Both the position numbers and the translations under genes were made by a program. From contig NZ_QEFP02000016.1 of the NCBI RefSeq assembly GCF_003086415.1, forward strand, positions 1 to 32,000: DNA of 32,000 nt. The letters run 5' to 3'. A model generated the notes under the pieces. That model was not told where the DNA came from. It did not search any database and saw nothing but the letters and a program-made list of their open reading frames with translations. Of the stretch, positions 25,643 through 32,000 are shown piece by piece; position 1 is the stretch's first letter, and every line of letters begins with the position of its first letter. The stretch comes from Candidatus Nanobsidianus stetteri. GTDB taxonomy: Archaea > Nanobdellota > Nanobdellia > Nanobdellales > Nanobdellaceae.

Positions 25643-26228
25643 ATTCTTTTAATATTTTATTTTTAACCTCTTCAAAATGCTCTACTATTTTTTCAGGTTC
25701 TAATCCAACTTTTAAATATCTTGAAAATTGTTTATTATATTTTTCAGGATCTTTTTCTTTTAACATTAATGCATAATTTTTTATGTGTTCGCCCTTTATT
25801 CTATCTTCAGAAGGTAAAATTTCCTCGTTATATGGAATTTTTAATCCAGCATCAATTGCACCTTTTAGTGTTGCGTATAATGAATTTCCCTTTGTAGATC
25901 TATATCTTCCAATATCTAATATTGCTTCTTCAATTCCTCTTTTCTTTGCTTCTAAACCTGTTAGTAAACCAACTAAATATGCTGTTGGTAAATTTCCTCT
26001 GTGACCTTTCCATCCATATTTCTTTTCTAATATTTTTGAATGTATTGTTAATAATGTTTTATCTCCTTTTTCATCATATAATGTTATTTGTGCTAATATG
26101 TTGTTTAAAAATCTTCTAACGACTAATCTTGGCTTCTTTGATTTTAATAACCTTAATCTCTTCTTATAGTCTGTAATATTTTCTCTTCTTCTTCTAAATT
26201 TTACTATGTAAGTAGGACCTGTAGCCAT
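25632..26228 (-). CDS. rpl18: Ribosomal protein uL18 (L5e)
   Basis: [39 protein letters not shown] is the canonical archaeal L18 N-terminus. Confidence 0.9.
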   Translation of the reverse strand: MATGPTYIVKFRRRRENITDYKKRLRLLKSKKPRLVVRRFLNNILAQITLYDEKGDKTLLTIHSKILEKKYGWKGHRGNLPTAYLVGLLTGLEAKKRGIEEAILDIGRYRSTKGNSLYATLKGAIDAGLKIPYNEEILPSEDRIKGEHIKNYALMLKEKDPEKYNKQFSRYLKVGLEPEKIVEHFEEVKNKILKEYGL

Positions 26229-26303
26229 TAAAGATATTTTTATAAGTAATTTTTTAAATTTAATTTAATTTAAATTTTAAATTCTTTTTATATTTGAGAT
26301 AAA

Positions 26304-27827
26304 TTATAATATTAAGAATAATTCCTTTGGCATATATAATATATTATCTCTAAATTCTAATTCATAATCTCCAATAATAATTCCGTATTCAGCATTATAT
26401 CTTTTCATACTATTTCTTACTTGTTTCTCTGCATTTTTATCTTTTCCATATTTAACCTCTATAGGTATTATTTTATTTTCAAAGGTCTTTATTAAAAAAT
26501 CTGCACTATTTTTATTAGGATCATAAAAAACATTTATGTTTGACATATTATGAGTTATTTGTATTTTATATAATGTTGAAGCTATGTATTCTTCAAATAA
26601 GAATCCTATATCACTTTCTTTAAATGTTCCTAAATAATCTTTTATCATAAATCTTATTGTTGGTGTTATAAAATAACGTTTCCAAGTTTTTCTGCTTATT
26701 TTTTCTTCACTTCCCAATGGTTTAATAGAAAATATTAAAGAAGACATTTCTAAATATTCTAAAATATTCTGTACATTTTCTTTACTTATGTTCAAACTAT
26801 TTGAAATATTTTCTATGCTTGTTTTTTCTGAGCCTGCCAAATAATTTATAATTTTTATAGTATCTTTTATACTAGAAGATTTAATGTTATTTATTGTGGG
26901 GATATCTAAATAAGCAATTTTTTTAATTGTCTCCAATAACAAATCTTCAGAATCTTTTTTATATAATGCTGTAAATGGAAAACCTCCGAATTTTAGGAAA
27001 TCTTCAATTTCAAAAGAATGTAATTTTATTTTTTTATATATCTCTATAATTTCGTTATTAGTAAAAAATTCGCTAGTAAATTTAGGAATAAGCGAATCAT
27101 CTTTCAATAAGTTTAGTATTTTTTCCTTAAGTATTTTAGTTTTATAATATTTATCAATCTTTTTTGATATTTTTAAATATTCAATAAAGTTTAAAGGAAA
27201 TAAATACTCTTTTTTGGCTCTTCTAGCTAAATCTGCAGTAGTTTCTTTTTCTAATTCTAATGCAGAGGAACCTGTAGCAATTATAAATATACTTGGATAC
27301 CCATCATAAATAACCTTTAATGTTAAAGCCCAATTTGGATCATGATTTACCTCATCTAATAATAAAAATACTGGTTCTTCAGAAATTGCTAAATCTTCAA
27401 ATAAGATTTTAGATTCATAAACTTCTATACTAGATCTTAAATCGTAATTAAGACTTTTTAAGTCATCTACAGATATAAACAATACCCTTTCTCTAGGTAT
27501 ATTCTTTTCTTTAATTAGGTATAAATATGTTTGATACAATAATGTTGTTTTGCCAGTCCCTCTTAATCCAGGTATGATAATTAATCTATCAATCTTAGTA
27601 TTTTTTTCAAGAAAATTATTTATATGGTTTTTTATTCTGGAAAAGATGTGTCTTTTTGGAAGTGGTTTATTATTCTCATCTGTAGTATATCTTAAGGCTA
27701 ACTTTTCTGTATATTGTATTCTTCTTTCTAGGTAGGTTTTTAGTATGTCAATATCCATGATATTATAATAACATTTAATATTATAAGTTTTATCATTTGT
27801 CGTAATTCTTAGTATTAATACATCCAT
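26304..27827 (-). CDS. Second AAA+ ATPase of the AAA_14/DUF4143 (COG1373-like) family
   Basis: Walker A PGLRGTGKTTLL, Walker B FLLLDEVN, FGGFPF, and C-terminal ADFLIK...IPIEVKYG. The true start may be the internal Met at 27758 (MDIDILKTYLE). Confidence 0.8.
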   Translation of the reverse strand: MDVLILRITTNDKTYNIKCYYNIMDIDILKTYLERRIQYTEKLALRYTTDENNKPLPKRHIFSRIKNHINNFLEKNTKIDRLIIIPGLRGTGKTTLLYQTYLYLIKEKNIPRERVLFISVDDLKSLNYDLRSSIEVYESKILFEDLAISEEPVFLLLDEVNHDPNWALTLKVIYDGYPSIFIIATGSSALELEKETTADLARRAKKEYLFPLNFIEYLKISKKIDKYYKTKILKEKILNLLKDDSLIPKFTSEFFTNNEIIEIYKKIKLHSFEIEDFLKFGGFPFTALYKKDSEDLLLETIKKIAYLDIPTINNIKSSSIKDTIKIINYLAGSEKTSIENISNSLNISKENVQNILEYLEMSSLIFSIKPLGSEEKISRKTWKRYFITPTIRFMIKDYLGTFKESDIGFLFEEYIASTLYKIQITHNMSNINVFYDPNKNSADFLIKTFENKIIPIEVKYGKDKNAEKQVRNSMKRYNAEYGIIIGDYELEFRDNILYMPKELFLIL

Positions 27828-27962
27828 AATAATATATTAGTTTTTAGTATTTATATATTTTATTTTTTCATAATAGTTGGTATATTAATACCATGTTTGT
27901 ATCCTAAAAATTAGGATGAAAAATATAAATTATTATTGTACCAAATTGTGCGATAAAGAAAT

Positions 27963-30533
27963 TTATATTATCTTATTTAAGTTCTTTAGACTCCTTTTAT
28001 CTAAATCCTTCAATATTATTTGATACAAATTATCATTTTCATCAATAAAAAGAATCTTATCTTCAAAAATAAAAAGATTTTCTGGAGATGTTATTTTTAT
28101 TTCTAATTCTTTATTATTTATAATAGTATTTAATATTATTGTTTCGCCTTCAACATCTATTTTTCTTATTTTTTCTATTTTATATATTATAGAATTATAT
28201 CTAATTGCATTTTCTAATATTTTTCTAGAATTTTCATCCAAAATTGTATAATCTTCTAATAAAAATATTTCATTGAAATTATCATCATAAAATCCTACAA
28301 ATTTTGGATTTGATATTGGGAATAATAATTTTGGCATAAGATTCTCATATTTTTTACCATTATATACAACATTTACTCTACTAGGTCTATTAGTTGGTTC
28401 TATTATTACATTTTTATCTTTTATTATATTTAAATTAATTATTTCCGATTCTTTATTAACTTTTTCAATTTTTTCTAAATTTTCTATTTGATTTTTAAAT
28501 AATTCATAGAACTTTCCCTTTTTATTTATTAATTCCTCTAGTTTTCCTTCTTCTACAATTTTTCCATCTTCTATAACAATAATTCTATCCATATTTAACA
28601 TTTCTGATAAATTATGTGAAATATATATTAAAGTTTTATCTTTTGATATATTTAATATAGCGGAAAAAATATTTTCTCTACTTTTAGCATCAATATTTGA
28701 TGTTAATTCATCAAATATAAATATATCAGGATTTCTTATTATATTTCTTGCAATTGCTATTTTTTGTTTTTGTCCGCCAGATAATTTTGTTCCTTCTTCT
28801 CCTGCTGGAGTATCATATGCAAAAGGTAATTTAATTATATCATCATGTATATTTACAATTTTGCAAACTTTAATTATTTCTATTTCATTTACATTTGGAT
28901 TTCCATAAGATATATTATATCTAATAGTATTATCAAAGATTTCTGGATTTTGAGATAAATAAGAAATCCTTTCTCTAAGATATTTTGAATCTATATCCTT
29001 TATATTTGTATTTCCAATCAGTATTTCTCCATCATTTACGTCATAAAATCTTAATAATAATTTTGCAATTGTTGTTTTTCCAGCTCCGTTTTTTCCGACA
29101 ATTGCAACTTTTTCTTTTGGTTTTATTGTAAAAGAAATATTTTTTAATACAGGGAAACCTGGTTCATATTCAAAAGTAACATTAACAAATTTTATTTCAT
29201 CAACAATATTTGGTTTTAAAGCATTCTCTTTATTTAATATTTTTGGTTTTTCTTCTAATAATTCTAGTATTCTTTCAGCAGAAATCAAAGTGCTTGGCAA
29301 GTCTCTAAAAAACCTTTCATATGTTGTATAGAGTGGGCTATAAATATATGAAGTATAAGATATAAAAGCAACCAATATACCTAACTTAATTAGATTATTA
29401 ATTACAAAAGTTCCACCAAAATACCATATAAATACGGTAGTTAAATCCATTATAAAAGATATCAAGTCTGCTCTTATTATGAAAAATTTTACTAATTTGG
29501 TATCTATGAAATACCAATCGTTTATTGTGTTTTTTGTTTTTTCATATTCTTCTCTTTCCTTTGAGAATAACTTAATACTATAAAAATTCCTAAGAATATT
29601 AACTAACTTCGTAAAGATATCTACTGACTTTATTGTTGCTTTTTTGCCAACTGTTCTTGCTTTTCTTTCATAAATTATAAAAAGAGCAAATGCAACTATT
29701 GTTGTAATTATAACAGGTATTGCTAAAAAGGGCAATAATAGAAAGAGTATAATAATTGTTCCAATAATCATTAAAGTATCTATAATTATAGAGGGCAGAT
29801 CATATGCAATAAAATAATTTATTCTTCCTATATCGGATTGATATCTAGATATTAATCTAGAAGGAGAATATTTTTCTACAAAAGAAATATCATTGAAAAT
29901 TATATGTTCTAATAATAATTCTCTTAGTTCTTTTATAATTTTTATCTGTGTAATGTTCATTAAAAAATCTCCTATTAGATATAAAAATCTATAGCTAATA
30001 TAAGACATTAGCATTAAGAAAATTATTGTAAGAAATACTTGCTGCGATGGGGTTTTTGATATAAGAACTTTATTTATTAGTAAAGCTGTTAAATAAGGAG
30101 GAATTAGACTTATTATAGTACCTATAATAAAGATAATAATAACTAAAGTAAGTTCTTTCTTATATTTTTTAATAATTTGCATTAAAAATCCATATATTTC
30201 TTTTTTAGATCTTTTCCTTTCTTCTTCTTTTTCAATTATTTCTGTTTTTACTTTTAAATTAAATTCATCTACAATTTTCCGTATATTATCTGCTTTTTTC
30301 TTTGTAAAATATGCAACTTCAAAAACTTTTCCATCTTTATCTATTGCAATTAATTTACATATACTAATTCCATATTCTATATTTAGTTTTTCTACATTAT
30401 CAATTTCTAATATTTTGTTTTTATTATCATCATATACAGAAATTTTATCATCTAAAATTTCAATAGTTTCTTCAGTAAAATTAAGATTTCTATCAAGATC
30501 CGTTTTAAATATTGCTTTAAAATGATCTGTCAT
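27963..30533 (-). CDS. Fused TMD-NBD ABC exporter (MsbA/type I exporter-like) with an extra N-terminal PH-like domain and a C-terminal DUF1854-like domain
   Basis: Six-helix TMD, Walker A GKNGAGKTT, signature LSGGQKQ and Walker B IFIFDE. The roughly 120-aa N-terminal soluble domain and the roughly 180-aa C-terminal domain (LLFPISNP...LDENSRK...IDENDNLYQI...LDKRS) resemble DUF1854 as I recall it. Confidence 0.8.
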   Translation of the reverse strand: MTDHFKAIFKTDLDRNLNFTEETIEILDDKISVYDDNKNKILEIDNVEKLNIEYGISICKLIAIDKDGKVFEVAYFTKKKADNIRKIVDEFNLKVKTEIIEKEEERKRSKKEIYGFLMQIIKKYKKELTLVIIIFIIGTIISLIPPYLTALLINKVLISKTPSQQVFLTIIFLMLMSYISYRFLYLIGDFLMNITQIKIIKELRELLLEHIIFNDISFVEKYSPSRLISRYQSDIGRINYFIAYDLPSIIIDTLMIIGTIIILFLLLPFLAIPVIITTIVAFALFIIYERKARTVGKKATIKSVDIFTKLVNILRNFYSIKLFSKEREEYEKTKNTINDWYFIDTKLVKFFIIRADLISFIMDLTTVFIWYFGGTFVINNLIKLGILVAFISYTSYIYSPLYTTYERFFRDLPSTLISAERILELLEEKPKILNKENALKPNIVDEIKFVNVTFEYEPGFPVLKNISFTIKPKEKVAIVGKNGAGKTTIAKLLLRFYDVNDGEILIGNTNIKDIDSKYLRERISYLSQNPEIFDNTIRYNISYGNPNVNEIEIIKVCKIVNIHDDIIKLPFAYDTPAGEEGTKLSGGQKQKIAIARNIIRNPDIFIFDELTSNIDAKSRENIFSAILNISKDKTLIYISHNLSEMLNMDRIIVIEDGKIVEEGKLEELINKKGKFYELFKNQIENLEKIEKVNKESEIINLNIIKDKNVIIEPTNRPSRVNVVYNGKKYENLMPKLLFPISNPKFVGFYDDNFNEIFLLEDYTILDENSRKILENAIRYNSIIYKIEKIRKIDVEGETIILNTIINNKELEIKITSPENLFIFEDKILFIDENDNLYQIILKDLDKRSLKNLNKII

Positions 30534-30644
30534 AAAATATAAATAATTGTAAATTTACTAAAGTTTTTAATAAAATAGTTTAGACATCTCAAAACAATAT
30601 ATATATTATAAGCTTTTATGAATTGAAAAAATATCTATAAATTT

Positions 30645-30803
30645 ATGTTTAAAGGATGGAAAACGTTAAGAGAAGAAATTAAAAGAAAAGAAAAAGAGAA
30701 AAGATTGAAAGCAATAAGAAGGTTAGGAGAATTATTGGAGAAGACAGGTGCTACTCCTGAAGAAACTATAAAAATAATAAGGGAAATTAGGGAAGAAAAT
30801 TAA
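30645..30803 (+). CDS. Possible small basic helical protein (52 aa), absent from the ORF track
   Basis: It translates as MFKGWKTLREEIKRKEKEKRLKAIRRLGELLEKTGATPEETIKIIREIREEN. This is the only ORF in a 340-bp gap. It is unsupported otherwise. Confidence 0.3.
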   Translation: MFKGWKTLREEIKRKEKEKRLKAIRRLGELLEKTGATPEETIKIIREIREEN

Positions 30804-30877
30804 AATGAAAATTTAGTCTTTATTCTGAAAATACAGGTTTATTAAAATATTAGAAGATGCAATTTAAAAATTAAATC

Positions 30878-30961
30878 CGCCGCGGGTGGGATTTGAACCC
30901 ACGCCCCCTTTCGGGGATATGGTCTCCAGCCATACCCCTTGGTCCGCTCGGGCACCGCGGC
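30878..30961 (-). tRNA. tRNA-Ser (anticodon GGA), class II with a long variable arm, no encoded CCA and no intron
   Basis: Hand fold: acceptor GCCGCGG/CCGCGGC, D arm CCC-GAGCGGACCAA-GGG, anticodon arm TATGG-CTGGAGA-CCATA, variable arm TCCCCGAAAGGGGGC, T arm GTGGG-TTCAAAT-CCCAC, discriminator G. Confidence 0.92.
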
Positions 30962-30963
30962 AT

Positions 30964-31025
30964 AAATGTCCCCCGCCCATCGTTACCAATACTCATCTTT
31001 TCATATTGGTTCGTCTAAGCGGGGA
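30964..31025 (-). ncRNA. Candidate single-hairpin H/ACA guide sRNA with an apical K-loop
   Basis: The minus-strand RNA is U-CCCCGCUUA / GACGAA / CCAAUA / UGAAAAGAUGAG / UAUUGG / UAACGA / UGGGCGGGG-G / ACA. It has a 10-bp lower stem, a 6+6 nt internal loop, a 6-bp upper stem and a K-loop (UGA-AAA-GAUGA). The ACA lies 16 nt 3' of the upper stem. The element is GC-rich in an AT-rich spacer. Confidence 0.55.
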
Positions 31026-31061
31026 TACATATTTAATATAATTTAATATAAAAATATTTTT

Positions 31062-31994
31062 ATGTTAACAAGAAATTTATTAGAAAAGGTAAGTCAAAAA
31101 ATAAATCAAATAAAAAAAGATGAAGAAAATAATAAAGAAGAAAAAATTAATATTGGAAAATTAAATTTTGATAATTTTGAAGTAAAAGAAAAGAAAAAAT
31201 ATGGATTTATAGATTCTTCTCATGTAAATGGAATTGTTGGACCTTATAGTTATATATATTCTAGGGCAGTGATTGTTTCTGACGATATATATGAAATTAT
31301 AGAAGATATAGAATTTTTTGAAACATCTTTTATAAGATCAATTAATAATGAAAATTTTGATATTCAAGATATTTCAGAACTACTATCAAAAAATTTAGAA
31401 TATAAATTGGCAAGAAAATATTCTGATAGATATATATTTATAGATGGATCAATAATATCAGATTCTATATTATATTCAAAATTTTTAGATAATTTTTATA
31501 ATGAAAATATTGAAAATAGGAGAAAAGAATTTTTAGAAAATTTTGAGTATTTAATAAATAATGGAAATTTATTGGCAGTTGCAAAAAGAATATTAAATTT
31601 AGATATAATAAAGCCAGGTAGATCTGATTTATTAACATTGATGAAAGTTTTTCCATCAGAAATATTTTATACAGATATTAATGAAAAACAATTAAAGGAA
31701 TTTTTAAGTTCAAAAATTCCAAACTGTTCTTTTTGTAACAAAAAAATATATATAATATATTTTAGGGCAAGATATAATGATCATATATATAGATTAGAAG
31801 GAATGGAAAAAGTTGAAAAAGAAAAGTTTAAAGAAATAATAAAAGAGGTTATTTATGATCAAAAATCATATCCAAGAGGATTAAAAATGGCTCATAATTT
31901 ATGTAAAATAACAAATAAAGAAAAATTATTGTTAGAAAGTTATATTAAAAAAATTTTAGGATTTGAAAAAACTGTTGGTTGGGAAACTCATTAG
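31062..31994 (+). CDS. nurA: NurA-like 5'-3' nuclease
   Basis: GFIDSSH near the N-terminus and YIFIDGSIISD (the DGS motif) are typical of NurA-domain proteins, and the size of about 310 aa fits. No herA/mre11/rad50 gene is visible before the window ends. Confidence 0.45.
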   Translation: MLTRNLLEKVSQKINQIKKDEENNKEEKINIGKLNFDNFEVKEKKKYGFIDSSHVNGIVGPYSYIYSRAVIVSDDIYEIIEDIEFFETSFIRSINNENFDIQDISELLSKNLEYKLARKYSDRYIFIDGSIISDSILYSKFLDNFYNENIENRRKEFLENFEYLINNGNLLAVAKRILNLDIIKPGRSDLLTLMKVFPSEIFYTDINEKQLKEFLSSKIPNCSFCNKKIYIIYFRARYNDHIYRLEGMEKVEKEKFKEIIKEVIYDQKSYPRGLKMAHNLCKITNKEKLLLESYIKKILGFEKTVGWETH

Positions 31995-32000
31995 GGTCCG

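Noticed and set aside
25783-26119. Plus-strand ORFs 25783-26004 and 25922-26119 inside uL18
   Set aside because: They are antisense to a ribosomal protein gene.
27550-27735. 61-aa antisense ORF in the second AAA ATPase
   Set aside because: It lies inside a motif-supported gene on the other strand.
31031-31050. Tandem ATTTAATATA x2
   Set aside because: It is a short AT-only duplication inside a probable bidirectional promoter. It is too simple to interpret on its own and is mentioned under the H/ACA-tRNA finding.
31465-31656. 63-aa antisense ORF in the NurA-like gene
   Set aside because: It lies inside a longer ORF, and its product is low-complexity.
1-32000. Search for CRISPR arrays, cas genes, transposases or integrases, and rRNA genes
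   Set aside because: I saw no regularly spaced repeat array of three or more units. I also saw no cas-like, transposase-like or integrase-like ORFs and no rRNA-like GC-rich blocks. The only exact long repeats are the 49-bp pair and the inverted repeats reported above.

Overview
This is a very AT-rich, tightly packed archaeal chromosome segment. I estimate about 22-25% G+C from hand counts of sample lines. Neighbouring genes often overlap by 1-14 nt and two convergent gene pairs have essentially no spacer. Most genes are core information-processing genes: an IleRS C-terminus, TBP, proteasome beta, aCPSF1/FttA, Tmk, a type IA topoisomerase, ABCE1, a PIN/PilT-ATPase/KH protein, Rpo11/RpoL, the PolD small subunit, Orc1/Cdc6, uS14, uS8, uL18 and a NurA-like nuclease. 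The ribosomal-protein cluster is fragmented: uS14-uS8 converge directly on uL18. The few structured RNAs are strongly GC-rich against the AT-rich background. I infer from this a thermophilic, genome-reduced DPANN/Nanoarchaeota-like organism. All function calls come from motif recognition in the translated ORFs, because no database search was possible.

Accessory or unusual content:
- A compositionally foreign type I dehydroquinase (aroD, about 42% GC) sits next to an orphan 326-aa protein.
- A 531-bp intergenic region holds three consecutive hairpins, including a perfect 33-bp inverted repeat.
- A perfect 49-bp direct repeat brackets a DUF4143-type AAA ATPase gene, and related motifs lie upstream of a second paralog.
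- A vapBC pair has a toxin gene interrupted by an in-frame TAA where the PIN catalytic Glu is expected.
- A candidate H/ACA guide sRNA with a K-loop lies 5 nt upstream of tRNA-Ser(GGA).
- A candidate replication origin lies upstream of cdc6.
- Three domain architectures are unusual: an APC-permease/methyltransferase fusion, an ABC exporter with extra terminal domains, and uS14 with a 65-aa N-terminal extension.

I saw no CRISPR array, no transposase or integrase, and no recognisable multi-gene defence system.
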